Assembly (NCBI RefSeq): GCF_018350175.1
Contig: NC_058368.1
Coordinates: 207,330,001 to 207,394,000, forward strand
Direction of reading: 5' to 3'
DNA: 64,000 bases
Origin: Felis catus
Taxonomy: Eukaryota
Position 1 is the first letter of the stretch. Each line of letters starts with the position of its first letter. A program made the position numbers and the translations under genes. Below are positions 1 to 12,436 of the stretch, piece after piece. Below the pieces are notes generated by a model. The model saw nothing but the letters and a program-made list of their open reading frames with translations. It was not told where the DNA came from and ran no database searches.

Positions 1-689
1 TTGAAGAAAGTATTATATACAGGTGATCTGAGTGTCCAAAGTGAGAAAATTTTAAACTACTATTTATGGTAAGAAATGATACACCATGGTAACATATTTC
101 CTTACAGAAATGTGGTTCATTAGGAAAGGGGGTACAAGGAACCTGAAGAGAAAATGTTAAGAATTATTGCTCAATAGCAGTAATGCAATCCAATAGTTTC
201 TGATCATGTAAGGCAGTGGATGCATTTTACTTGATTTTTTAAATATGGGAAGCATAAGGAAGCAGTATAGCAAGGAATGCAGTCAGATGTCTATATTAAA
301 ATCTCAGAGTCTTTGGAACATTAAGGTCTTGAGCCTATTAACTTCTCTAACCTCTTGGAAGCCTCGTTTTCTTCATCTCTTACAAGGGAGGTCTGCTTCT
401 TAAAGCTGATTGGAGATTTAGAGAGAGAATCTATATAGACTTTGACATGTGACAGGTGCCCATAAATTTTTACCTTTATCATTATTATTAATATCATTAT
501 TATTGAAATATTAATTGATGGCCTGCTATTAGCTAGTCATGTACAATGGCTCAAGACCCCTGTCCTGTGGGGAGTCTAGTGGAATGGACAGAAAGTAAAC
601 AAATATTGGATACAAATCAAACAGAATTTCAGATCTCACTAAATGCTAGGAAATTTGAACCACACTGAGAAATTTTAATACAATCACTG

Positions 690-1300
690 CCATTCACTCA
701 TTTATCCAGCAAACATTTATTGAGCACCAACTTTGTGTTAGATATCACATGCAATATAATTTAAAGGTTATTGGTACCTCTTAAGGTATTTATCCAACCT
801 GTGAGATGAAACTTAGAAAAATAACCACATTAGAAACTTAGAAAAATAACCACATTACAGTGCAGAATGTTTTAACAGCCATGAGAGACGTACATGAAAA
901 GTACTCAGAAATTCAAAAGCCCAAGGGATTTCTTTTTACTGGTCAGATCAGGGAAGAATATTAGGAAGAAAAATCACATTTTGAAGTGCTTCATGTGAGA
1001 TTTACACGAGGAAACCACATACAAAAAAGTGCTGGGCAGGAAAGAATAGAGCATACCGGGGGAAGAAAACATGTCTGATCTGGCTGGAGTGTATGAAAAG
1101 GAGTGATAAAGTTTTAAAGGGATTTCCAAACTGATCATGTGGTTTGGGATACAATCATGTAAAGAACAGGAAGTCACTTAAGGTTTCTGAGCAAAAAACT
1201 GTCATAGTCTGGCAAAGGTGCGTTCACCCAGCAGGAACATATGGGAAGGACCGGGCAGGAGGCAAGCTGGCTGTGCAGAACTGATTCGGAGGCATGGAAA
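690..1300 (-). mobile_element. L2 LINE 3' fragment, highly diverged
   Basis: Begins with the reverse L2 tail (cattcactcatttatccagcaaacatttattgagcacc), followed by purine-rich L2-like sequence; boundaries approximate. Confidence 0.65.
808..857. repeat. Perfect 25-bp tandem duplication
   Basis: gaaacttagaaaaataaccacatta occurs twice (808-832, 833-857). Confidence 0.95.
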
Positions 1301-1549
1301 TAGACCCAGGAGAAGTAATAAAAACTGCATTAGCATTCCTTCTCCTGCACTTAGCCATCGACCTCTCTCTTCCTCAAATACATCTACTTACGATTCATCC
1401 TTCTTGCTCTCAGTATCTTTGAAGGAATATTTTTGATCTTTGCTTCTTTTTCACCAAAATGTCTTCAAATGATTCTTAGTTACAAAGTACACAGGAGGGT
1501 AGATTTAACAGAATACATAGAGAGTATTGTTTTCAACAAAAAATAATGA

Positions 1550-1690
1550 TCACTGTCATTTATGAAAGATATATCATGTCACATACAGCATTTCATTCTC
1601 AAAGAGCCTCATGAGAATGGTACTATTATTTCCATTTTAAAGACAGAGAAACTGTGGCTTGGTGAGGCTCATTCCATACATTATCTAAGG
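1550..1690 (-). mobile_element. MIR fragment
   Basis: tactattatttccattttaaagacagagaaactgtggct resembles the reverse MIR core. Confidence 0.6.
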
Positions 1691-2076
1691 ATATCGGGTT
1701 AATGTTGTTTTTCACAGGAAGAATCCAGAATTCTCTCATTCTGGAAGAATTGATAATCTTGCTCTATTCTTAATTCTAGCTTTCAGTCAGAACGAAATAA
1801 TAATCAGTGTTCATTAAATCTGAGGGAACGCAGCCAGAGAGCCCGTGAAGGAGTGAATAATGAGGAGGCAGGCAGGCAATGGTTGGCAGTCCTAGGACAC
1901 AAGGTTCCAGGCGACACTGGGTGGAAATGAGGCAAAAAAATTAGGATGGTGATGACATTGTTAATTCTTAACATAAATAAGTCCTTATAATATCATTGTA
2001 GATGTTGCAGGGACACCAGGGAAATTGAATCTGAGGCCTTTTAAGGAAGTATTCTCAGTTGATTAAAACTCATTCA

Positions 2077-2229
2077 GGGGACGCCTGGGTGGCTTAATCA
2101 GTCAAGTGTCCGACTTTGGCTCAGGTCATGATCTCAGGGTTCATGGGTTCGAGCGCTGTGTTGAGCTCTGCACTGACAGTGTGGAGCCTGCTTGGGGTTC
2201 TCTTTCTCTCTCTCTCAAAAAAAAAAAAA
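2077..2229 (+). mobile_element. CanSINE (SINEC), internally shortened
   Basis: ggggacgcctgggtggct head, CT tract, A tail; imperfect TSD aaaac(t)cattca. Confidence 0.9.
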
Positions 2230-2649
2230 CCATTCATACTAAATGGACAAAATTAGGGTAAAGTTTACTATTCTCAGTATAGACAAATAATCTTTGGGCT
2301 TCTGTTGTCACCTGTTTCTGCCATCAGGTACCCCTCAGAATGGCCACCACAGTGAGTCTAATACCCAGAAGCCTTCCCTCCTAACTGCATATAAAGTTGA
2401 GGAAACATATTTCATCTTTTTAAATGGACTAAACCATAGAGTGTCTGGTGAAATCAGATCAGGTTGAATAATGAAAGCATGAACTTGCTTCCCATTTTTC
2501 ACTGGGAAGATGAGAATATTTGATAGAAACCAAGCAAGAATAGGGATCTATGAACCCATTATTTATCAAAATGTCCCCTTGGCCACAATTCTCATGGGAA
2601 AAAAATGTAGCTGCTTCTAAATATTCCCATTTTATCCTCAGAAATAAAG

Positions 2650-3480
2650 GAAGGCTAACGTGCCGTCCGGCCACAAAGCTCAATAACTAGCTGAGACGGC
2701 GAGGTAGGCCAACCCGTTTTCCCTTTTACTCCTGGCCCCACACTTTCCTGGGGTCTTTCTCCTTCTGTAGTCTCTCCTCAGACTCATGGTAACTGGTTGT
2801 GTCTGAAAATGGCACCATGTTTCTAAAAGTCGCAGTTTTTAGAGGAGGTCTCATTGCATAATACGGTGCAATAAGCTATCACATTCATCACGGTTTTCCA
2901 CTTCCCAAAGCTAGAAGCCGAACGTCAGGGGAAAGGCCTCCCCAGCTTTTCAGGAGGTGGGAAATTCTGACTGTGGAGAAAATTAAACCAAAAATAATTT
3001 ATTCAGGGTCCGTCCATCCATTTACTTCACAAACAGTTACTCTGTACGTGGCACGCTGCTATCTGTCCGGGGGGGGGGGGGGGGGGGGGGACTTCTGCGA
3101 AGTAATTACGTACAACTGCAAATTATACTTATGCGACACATTCAGGTAGAGGTGCACAGTGCTTCTGGAGATTAACACAGAAATGATGTAAAGTGTGAGA
3201 GCATGGCACCATACTGGGTGTAATGAAACACGTGCTCACAGGATGAGGCTGAGAGCCGTGGCAGTGCGTTTTCAGGGCACTTCCCCTGTGTGCCGTGGCC
3301 GTATCATCTCCAAAGGTTGGATGTGGAACACACGGTCTGTTTTCCATTTAAGACACGGTGTCTCGGTTATCGTTATTTTTACATCTTTTATGCGTGTAAA
3401 CATTGGTACAGCACCTATTATATTCTTACAATAATATATTGTATATATTATATAAAAACACATTTAATTTTTACGCACGT
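2650..3480. promoter_or_regulatory. CpG-retaining patch, candidate regulatory element
   Basis: About 30 CpGs in about 840 bp by hand count; C/EBP-like attgcataat 2853-2862; NF-kB-like gggaaattct 2959-2968. Confidence 0.35.
3069..3090. repeat. Poly-G tract (G22)
   Basis: Direct read. Confidence 0.95.
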
Positions 3481-3790
3481 AGGTGTGATTGGTAGAAAGA
3501 AAAGAAAAAGGAGGAAGAGGAAAGGAAGAAAAGGAAGAGGGTGTGAGAAGAAAGCCTGTGCCTTTCCAGATTCTTCCACCCCTCCCTCCTCTATAAAGTG
3601 AATGGAACTTTCCACAAATTAAAGCACAAATGTCGCATTACATTTTTTCTTAAAAATCTAATTTCAGTGCTTCACTCAGCAAGGCGGATGAGAAGTTTGA
3701 CATCAGTTTTTCTTGGGGTCTGAAGGCTCATAGATGTCCAGAAAAGAGGTCTTTCCATCCCTATCCTTCTGTCTTCAGTTGGGGGGTGAA

Positions 3791-3945
3791 CAGAGAGAGG
3801 GAGACACAGAATCCGAAGCAGGCTTCAAGCTCTGAGCTGTCAGCACAGAGCCTGAGGCAGGGCTCCAACTCACGAACTGTGAGATCATGACCCGAGCCGA
3901 AACCAAGAGTCGGACGCTTAACCAACTGAGCCACCCAGGCACCCC
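3791..3945 (-). mobile_element. CanSINE lacking its 3' tail
   Basis: Ends gagccacccaggcacccc (reverse head); no T-rich tail on the left. Confidence 0.9.
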
Positions 3946-3968
3946 TCGATAATCACAGATTATTTCTT

Positions 3969-4190
3969 TTTTTAATTTTTTTTCAACGTTTTTATTTATT
4001 TTTGGGACAGAGAGACACAGAGCATGAACGGGGGAGGGGCAGAGAGAGAGAGGGAGACACAGAATCGGGACCAGGCTCCAGGCTCTGAGCCATCAACCCA
4101 GAGCCTGACGCGGGGCTCGAACTCACGGACCACGAGATCGTGACCTGGCTGAAGTCGGACGCTTAACCGACTGCGCCACCCAGGCGCCCC
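3969..4190 (-). mobile_element. Young SINEC_Fc CanSINE
   Basis: Full length; perfect 18-bp TSD aatcacagattatttctt (3951-3968, 4191-4208). Confidence 0.97.
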
Positions 4191-5061
4191 AATCACAGAT
4201 TATTTCTTGATGGATCCTTTGCCATGCTGTGTTGTCAGAAAATCACCTTGAAACACTTATTGTCTGTTATTAGCCACACCACTCCCTTGGAAATATTGCA
4301 GAATCAAAAGAAATACAGGGCTGAAAAGAATCTCAGAGTTTACCTATTTGGTATTTCCTAAATTTTGAATATTCCAACCCCACATTTACAATTTTGTTAC
4401 ACTCACAATGCCACGGGCTATTATTTTCTTGATATGTTTCTTGAAATCAACTCACTTATTTTTCTAAAATACACTATTTTAAACATAAATCTTATTAACA
4501 TAAGAGGATAAAAACTTGCAGAAAAATTTGCCTGAAAATAAACAAAATGAAAACAAAATTGTTTTTGTTGTTCAAAACAATTTTTGTTGTTCAATCCTAA
4601 CTGCTATGATAGCAAAGACTTAAAGGTTGAGACTACTCTTTGCCCCATCTTTTTTTGTGACCAAAAAGAGAATTTGAAAGGAAATAACTCTCTCCTTATG
4701 TGATTTTTTTTTTCTTATTTAATTCTGAGTTCTGGACATCACCTAAAAATGTTGTATAAACACTGATGGAGCTCATTTCCTTCACTTTGCTCAGGAACTG
4801 AGCCCCAGAGAAAATGGGTTTATACCTTGCTCCTGGCAAAGCTGAGATTAGTCTTTGGGTGTCTTGACCTTGAGCTCTGTGCATTTACCCATACCACCCA
4901 CCTGCCCTGCCTATAAGTTACTACAGAGCCCTTCATTTCTGTGCCGTGAGCCTCTGACTGGATGGCAAGCTCATTTGCTTGAGGTCTGGCGCTATGATGG
5001 TGTTCTTTGTACACTGCCCTGCATGTGGTGTCTTTCATTCGATTCACTTGATTCAGAAATA

Positions 5062-5262
5062 GGGACACCGGGGTGGCTCAGTCGGTTGAGCATCCGACTT
5101 GGCTCAGGTCATGATATCACGGTTTGTGAATGTGAGCAGCCTGGCGCCTGCTTTGGATTCTGTGTCTCCCTCTCTCTCTCTGCTCCTCCCCTGTTCACGC
5201 TCTGTCTCTGTCTCTCTCTCTCTCAAAAATAAACATTAAAAAATTTTTAAAAAAAAGAAATA
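5062..5262 (+). mobile_element. CanSINE with internal deletion
   Basis: gggtggctcagtcggttgag head, CT tract, A-rich tail. Confidence 0.9.
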
Positions 5263-6383
5263 AAATTTGATCGGATGCGAAGTGCCTGTGTTGTCTCCAT
5301 AAAATGTTTGTGAGGAAACCAAAGTTGCGCCTCTGTCACCTCCAGATTAGCATAAATGGCCGTCCTTGCCAGGCATTGTGCAAGAGGCTGGGGTGACTGA
5401 GACACAGCCTCTGCCACCAGGAAGTGCAGGTGGTGGCAGGGAGGCTGAGAGAAGAGCAAGGAGAGAAGTTGCACAGAGACAACTCTCCTAAAGGCAAGAC
5501 GTGTAATAACAGAGCTGGTTATGAAGAAACTTAAGGAGTACAGGGAAAAGAACCACTATTAGAGTGAAAACAGATGAGGAATTAAAATGGCAAGTGAGGG
5601 AAAGTGAAAGAGGAAAAAGATGAAGAGAAAGAGGAAGACATATTGGTTCAGAAGACTAGAACTCTTTACCAAGCTGAGGGAGGACCGGCTCAGCTCAAAT
5701 GAAAATACTAGAGAAATCTCAGCTGTAGAGTTTGAGTCAAGAGTAGAGTACAATACCCAAAACTACCCAGAGCACGGTCATTCAATCAGAGTGACTTCCA
5801 AAATCGAATTCTAGCCTATGGAGCTGGGTGGCGGCTCACAGTCTCCATCTCCAGCCCCCTTAACGTGGCTGTGCTGAGATCACGATGGTGGCCTAATGAT
5901 TGGCTTCAGGGCAATCTCTGTAGTGCCAGATGGGCAGCTTGTAGCCATGGACCACCCAAGCCTCAGGTAATGGAGCAAATGTTGAGGAGCGGTCCACCCA
6001 GGCAGCTGAGGTGGGTCCAGCTGTACGGCCTGACTTAACAGAAAATTGCCTGGTGTTCCATATAGGAACTTTCCTCTTTTCCTTGTTTCTTAACTTGCCT
6101 AAAGGCCAATTTCTCTGCATGAATACGGGCTTCCAAGAAAATTTTTCCTTGGGTAGTATCCATCTACAATTTCCCTTCATTGCCATCTTACCGTAAACAG
6201 GAGAAAGCTCAGGGCAGCTGTGTTGGCAGAATCTGTTACTACTGTGTTTTTATGAAAATCTAGCAGCTTCTCAACCCCTCTTTTTTTTAGCACACACCCC
6301 CGGCACAGCTTCCCCCTCTCACACCCTTGCCATCCATAGCCCCACCACGCCTGCTCCTTCTCTAGACTCTTGTTATTTTTCTT

Positions 6384-6597
6384 TTTTTTTTTTAACGTTT
6401 TATTTATTTTTGAGACAGAGAGAGACAGAGCATGAACGGGGGAGAGGCAGAGAGAGAGGGAGACACAGAATCGGAAACAGGCTCCAGGCTCTGAGCCATC
6501 AGCCCAGAGCCCGACGCGGGGCTCGAACTCACGAACCGCGAGATCGTGACCTGAGCCGAAGTCGGACGCTCAACCGACTGAGCCACCCAGACGTCCC
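6384..6597 (-). mobile_element. Young SINEC_Fc CanSINE
   Basis: Full length; 20-bp TSD agactcttgttatttttctt (6364-6383, 6599-6618). Confidence 0.97.
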
Positions 6598-7771
6598 AAG
6601 ACTCTTGTTATTTTTCTTGGAGATGTTCTTTTACATGTCAACCAACCATAGGAATTGGCTGGGTGCTAGAGCCTTATGGGGTCTCTGGAGAGGGTTTACA
6701 ATTATGTCAGAAGACAACATTTATCCAAGTTCGCTGCAAAAGAACTAATTAACTTCGAATAACAAACTATCTCCAGAGAATGTGATGGTCTTCATGTTTA
6801 AACAAAAGTCACAGGCCAAACCCCCCAACTGTAATGGTCACTTTGTGCCCACATATAAGAAATCAATCCTTTCACATTCTTTTTATGAACTTGACAAGTT
6901 CAGTCATTTCTATCGTCTGGTCAAATTCTTTGTCTCTTGAATAATCTCATGAAAGGGCAATGGGGGATGACCTCCACACTGAAAGCCAGCTCTTATTCAT
7001 GTCTATATTCCCCAAATGTAGCATAGTAGTTAATTCAGAGCTAATGCTCAAAACAGGAAGTTTGCCAAATGAATGACTGATGAAAATTTAGGGATGATCA
7101 CGTGAGTTAAATGTAAAGATAAAGTAGATGCATAGATACCTGGTAACTTTCTGATAATTCAACCCATCATTAAAGTCACATTACCTATAGATTTCCTGTA
7201 GATACTCAGAGTTCAAGTACCAATATCCCATATGTGACTTGTTGGTAATATTCTCGGTAGTACTTTGTGAATTCTAAGCCATGGAAGTGTTGCTTTAATC
7301 TATATGACTTATTAGTTTAATTAATAATGCATATAGCTTATAAGAAGCTATTGCTTGCCAGGTCAGCTAGGATCCTTCCAAGATATTGCCTTCACAGAGC
7401 TGTCTGCAGGAGTACAAGAATAAGTAGAGAAGATGTTAAGAAATAGAGGAAGGTGGAGAGTGCTAGCCTGTTTATAGCATGGGCCTCAAAACAGGGGAGG
7501 GGAAACAGGTCAAAGCACAGATTCCAAGTTTCCAGGCACACTGGCTCTTTTCCTGGGAAAGTCCTACTATCCAAGAGAGTTTGATCTGAAAGACAGAGTA
7601 TGGCATTAGGATCCTAGGCTGCGGTACTTTGTGAAGTCAGGTGACTACCAACCAGTATCATGATTCCAAGTGGTCTATCTGGTTTAAAACTAAACTCATG
7701 TCAATAGCGAGGGATGTAGGTAGGGAGTTGCAGGTATAAGAAAAATAGGTTGGAAAAAACTAGAGATACCC

Positions 7772-8263
7772 TATTAGAGGTTGTATTGTGTCCCTCCCCC
7801 ATTCATATTTTGAAGTCCTACCCCAGTATCTGAGAATATGTTATTATTTGGAAATAGAGTCATTGAAGAATTAATTAGCTGAAATGAGGACATACTTGGC
7901 CCCTAATCAATTGGGATGGTCCCCTAATCCAGTATGACTGGTGTCCTTATGAAAAGGGGAAATTTGGACACACACACATACACACACACACACACACACA
8001 CGGAGAATGCTATGTAAAGATTAAAGGCAGAGATTGAAGTAATATAACAGAAGCCAAGAAACACCAAATATTGCCAGTAAACCACTTGAAGCTAGGAAAA
8101 AGGCATAGAACAGATTTCTCCCTCTCAGCCTTCAGAAGGAACCATCTCTACTGACACCTTGATCTCACGCTTCCAGCCTCCAGACTGTAAGGCAATAAAT
8201 TTCTGTTGTTGAAGCCACTTGTTTTGTGATACATTGTTAGGGCAGCCCTAGGGAACTAATACA
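7772..8263 (+). mobile_element. MaLR solo LTR (MLT1C-like) containing a (CA)n repeat
   Basis: Hallmarks ccctaatccagtatgactggtgtccttat, ttccagcctccaga, aataaatttctgttgtt, terminal ggaactaataca. Confidence 0.85.
7969..8001. repeat. (CA)n microsatellite
   Basis: Direct read. Confidence 0.95.
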
Positions 8264-8427
8264 AAATTCCCTCAAGTCAACTGGCAAAGGTCCAAGAAAC
8301 TGGGGCAAAAAATTGGGACATCAGGGCCAAAGGCAGTCATGGAGACTAGGTGGATGGGGCAGACATAAGTGGGGGACAGCTGCAACTTGTCCAAGCTTTC
8401 TGAGTCCCCATCCCACAAAAGAAACGT

Positions 8428-8957
8428 TGAAGGATTTTTGGCCACAATACCCGGATTCGTTGTCTCCCCACTTTGAAGAATGAAGAGGTGGACACAAAAT
8501 GAGCAACGGGCAAAAGTTTATTACAATATAAGATTCTAAAGGAAGAATCGTAGGAAAGCTCTCTTTACAGAGAGGGGACATTGGAAAGTAAAGCCTGAGA
8601 ACTCTAGGTGAGGGTCCTTGTTTTATGAGGTTCTGGTCAGCCTGCCCCCTTCCCTTCCCCTTTGTTCCTTCTCAGGTTGTACCTTTATTGGCTGGATAGT
8701 TCTAGGGGCTGGGTTGTCCATTTCTGATTGGCTCGTTTCCATTGTATGAGGGGTCATCTAGGTCATACTTAGGTCTTTTGTCAAATTCCAGAGGGGAAAC
8801 CTGAGAGGGAGTAGGTTCTTAAGAGAAACCTTATGCCTGAGGGGGCTTGCTGTGGTCAGACACTCCCAGCATTGTTCCAAATTAGGTGTTTCTCCCCACC
8901 CAGGGACCTCAGGTCTTAATCTTTCCTTCTCTGCCTACTGAATCCTATCTTCTATCA
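8428..8957 (-). mobile_element. ERV1-like solo LTR
   Basis: TGA...TCA termini, about 530 bp; on the minus strand CCAAT x2 (8727-8731, 8687-8691), ATAAAA (8621-8626) and AATAAA (8517-8522) occur in U3-R-U5 order. Confidence 0.75.
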
Positions 8958-9776
8958 CATTGATACTGGAAACAGAGTTAAGCCTGATCTCACAGGCTAT
9001 CCACTGGTGGGCCCAAACGTCCTATTACATTGAAGGCTTTGGCCGGACTCAGGCCAGAAGCCTGAGGCGGCTGAGAATATAGGCTGAAATCCCCTTTGAA
9101 TATAAGGTAAGGTAGCAAGCACTGTTGGTATGTTATAAAGAAGGAGGAACCAGAGGTCATTGCCAGCCAACTATGAGTCTGCAGTTTTCTCCTAACACTC
9201 TCCTGCAACCCCCCCCCTAAATTTTGTTTATGATACCTATCATCCCTTTGGTTCTTAAACAGGTTTCACTTTTGAAATTTAGATCTGAATATACCTGCCA
9301 GTAGCCTAGTTGCCCCAAACATCCCTTTTGCAGACGTCACCCTCAATATTTGTTCATAATACTTGAGTTTCCTTTGGTTCTTAAATGGATTTTGCTTTTT
9401 GGATTTAGATGCATACTCACCGTTAGCAGGTAGCCTAGACTACCTGAGTGCTTGCCCTGTGTTCACCATTACTCCGTGTGCCATTTGGGCTTCCTCCTGA
9501 GCTCCACCCTCCCATCGCCGGTTAGTGTGTGTCCTTCTCTTTGACCTCTTGTAAGTGATGAGCCACACCCCCAGACACTATTTCTGCTAAGTCTGTCTGA
9601 TGGGACAGGACACCTCCCAAGCAGGCGGCCAACAGACAGATTGGGAAATCATCTGAGCCAAAACAGCTGCTGTGGGATCATTCGAAAATCCAACATGGTA
9701 CAAGTACAGAAAATACTAGCTATCTAGAAACACAGAATTTTAGAGTACAAAGGAATTTCAGAAACGTATCTCATAC

Positions 9777-9832
9777 AACGTATATATAACGTATATAACG
9801 TATATATAACGTATATATACGGATATATAACA
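9777..9832. repeat. (AACGTATAT[AT])n low-complexity tandem repeat
   Basis: Direct read, about 5 degenerate units. Confidence 0.85.
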
Positions 9833-10094
9833 TATCTCATTATATAGATAGGGAAAAGGCAGCAATGTCATCATAAGCACAGAGCTGGCCATCTGTAGAG
9901 ACTGCACATGGGGGCTGAGGGAAATTCTGCCAAGTCTCAGGAGAGCTAGGATGGGTAGCTAAGCTGACCATGCTGGCAGACCAGCTTGTGGCAGAGAGTA
10001 GAGTGATAGGAGAAAGAGCTTGAAAAGTGCGAGAGTCTTCTTGTACTCAGTGGAGACCACATCAAAGAATCAATAAATATATCCATTGTTCTCA

Positions 10095-10335
10095 GGGCGC
10101 CTGGGTGGCTCAGGAGGTTAAGCGTCCAACTTTGGCTCAGGTCATGATATCAGGTCATGATCGTGCAGACCATGAGTCAAGCCCCACCTCAGGCTCTGTG
10201 CTGACAGCTCAGAGCCTGGAGCCTGCTTCGGGTTCCGTGTCTCCCTCTCTCGCTGCCCCTCACCCGCTTGCACTCTGTCCCTCTGTCTCTCTCAAACATA
10301 AATAAACATCAAAAAAAATTTTTTTTAGTTAAAAA
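10095..10335 (+). mobile_element. CanSINE with a 13-bp internal duplication
   Basis: gggcgcctgggtggctcag head; tcaggtcatgat repeated at 10137-10162; flanks share ttgttctca. Confidence 0.93.
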
Positions 10336-10340
10336 AATAT

Positions 10341-10495
10341 CGGTTGTTCTCAAATTTTGGTGTAGAAGATACAGATACCCACTTCTAAAGATGCTGATTT
10401 AGGGTCTTTAGAATAGTGACAGAGTCTATGTTTTTCACAACACCCTCCTCATCTATGATTCTGATGTACACCAATATGTGAGGCTCATTACTGAT
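10341..10495. mobile_element. MER5-like hAT DNA transposon remnant
   Basis: gttctcaaattttggtgt start; tgattctgatgtacacca near the end. Confidence 0.55.
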
Positions 10496-11601
10496 GTGAA
10501 TATAATAAAGATCTGGTTTCTATTCCAGCCTTTTGTAGCCTGTGTGTGAGTAGGTGTTTGTGCTGGGGTCAGTGTATGGGGGGGTGGGGGGCAAGGGATA
10601 TATGATTTTCATAATATGGCCTTAAGATGTGTAAAAGTTAAAGGAAAAAGGAAGTCAAGGGATTATTATTTATCATTTACAGTAACAGCGTTAAGTATTG
10701 GCTAAAACATCGCAGGAAGAATTACTATTGAACCAGAATTTGAAGAAGGGGTTTGGACAGCCGGTGACAGGGAGACGAAGAAAGAGGCACGTGATCTACA
10801 TTCATTTCCTTTTGGGTACAGTGCGTGGCATGAGAGCCGCTCTGCGATTTTGCTGGACTTCTTGTGACCCTAGATACTGACCGTGCCCAGCTTGTCAGCA
10901 CCTGAGCCCTTTACACAGCATCATCGGTAGAGCTTCCAGGCAGAATAAAAAGACAAATTGTCCGGGGCTGCCTAGAACTGAAACCAGACCTATGCAGACC
11001 AAGGCCAAGAGCAAACCTGGCCAAGACTGCCGCGTGCACACACGCACACCCGTGCACACACACAGACATAAAAAAGCAACGCACGTTGTTGTTATTTTAA
11101 CCATCATAGTGTAGAAGTCCCATGGTTAATACCTTTGCAAAACAGCTAGCACTTAGTCATTTTTCACAGCTGATGGATCATGTTTCCTTTAGCCTTTTGG
11201 AACACATTTAAAAAATTAAAAAAAGCAACCACAAGGTCTGTGCGGAAATCACCAGGGACAATGAGCTGGAATTATCCACGCTCCCCTCTTAGTCTTCTTG
11301 TGCCCTGTGTGTAGAAATGCATATATTTTTGAAAAGCAGGAAGAATTTGAGACCTTGTGAAAATTTCATAAAGTATTCCTCTGAATCACCCTGGAGTCAT
11401 CCAAAAGGAGGCCTCTCCATCCCATTCCAGTAAATGTTATTCCAGTTCATGACTGTGCTTACTGGCTGCTGCGAGCTCCCTGGGAACGACTTGGACCTGG
11501 CAAGATGGCCCTCGGGGTAATGGCCTCCCCTGCCTGCTGGAAAGAATCATTTTTCAGCTCAAGAACAAGTATCGTCTTTTGCATTTCGGTTGTTGGTTTT
11601 T

Positions 11602-11823
11602 TTAAAAAAAATTTTTTTTTCAAAATTTATTTATTTTTGGGACAGAGAGAGACACAGCATGAACGGGGGAGGGGCAGAGAGAGAGGGAGACACAGATACG
11701 GAAACAGGCTCCAGGCTCTGAGCCATCAGCCCAGAGCCTGATGCGGGGCTCGAACTCCCGGACCGCGAGACCGTGACCTGGCTGAAGTCGGACGCTTAAC
11801 CGACTGCGCCACCCAGGCGCCCC
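11602..11823 (-). mobile_element. Young SINEC_Fc CanSINE
   Basis: Full length; 16-bp TSD tcggttgttggttttt (11586-11601, 11824-11839). Confidence 0.97.
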
Positions 11824-12304
11824 TCGGTTGTTGGTTTTTAATAACCAACTGTGTCTTCTGAAGACTCTGCAACCTAAATCCTAACGTGTTCTTTTGGCTC
11901 TGAGTCTAGGTCTTAGTAATCAACGTTCTCATAGATTGAATCCCTACCGTGTGCTCTGGACCACATACCCGTTACCTGAAAATAAGCATTCTGTAGGAAA
12001 TACGAGAGCCATACCCAGCCAGCAGTCTTCGCTTCATGTGAGATTAGGTATGCGATTGTCAAAGTTAGGTAAGACATTCAAATTCCAAACAATTTTCTCT
12101 TTTTCATAGTGTGTTTAGGCACATGAGGTGCCACTTAGAAATCACCAAAGTAGGGATGTGAAGTCCAGCTATAAAGCCAAGCTTTGGTCTGCATGCCCAG
12201 GACTTCAGGTGATACTGTATTCTGTGTAGGGACCCCAGACAATAGGTTTAACGTAAGTCTTACTGTCCCCACTTTTTTTAATGCACAGTGGATGAATCAA
12301 ATTT

Positions 12305-12436
12305 AAAAAAAATTTTTTTAACGTTTATTTATTTTTGAGACAGAGAGAGACAGAGCATGAACGGGGGAGGGTCAGAGAGAGGGAGACACAGAATCGGAAA
12401 CAGGCTCCAGGCTCCGAGCTGTCAGCACAGAGCCCG
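12305..12436 (-). mobile_element. 5'-truncated CanSINE
   Basis: Tail and 3' half only; tcaaattt on both sides (12297-12304, 12437-12444). Confidence 0.92.

Noticed and set aside
6410..6748. Recurrent ORFs such as RERGRHRIGNRLQALSHQPRA and MAQSVERPTSAQV
   Set aside because: Translations of CanSINE copies, not a gene family
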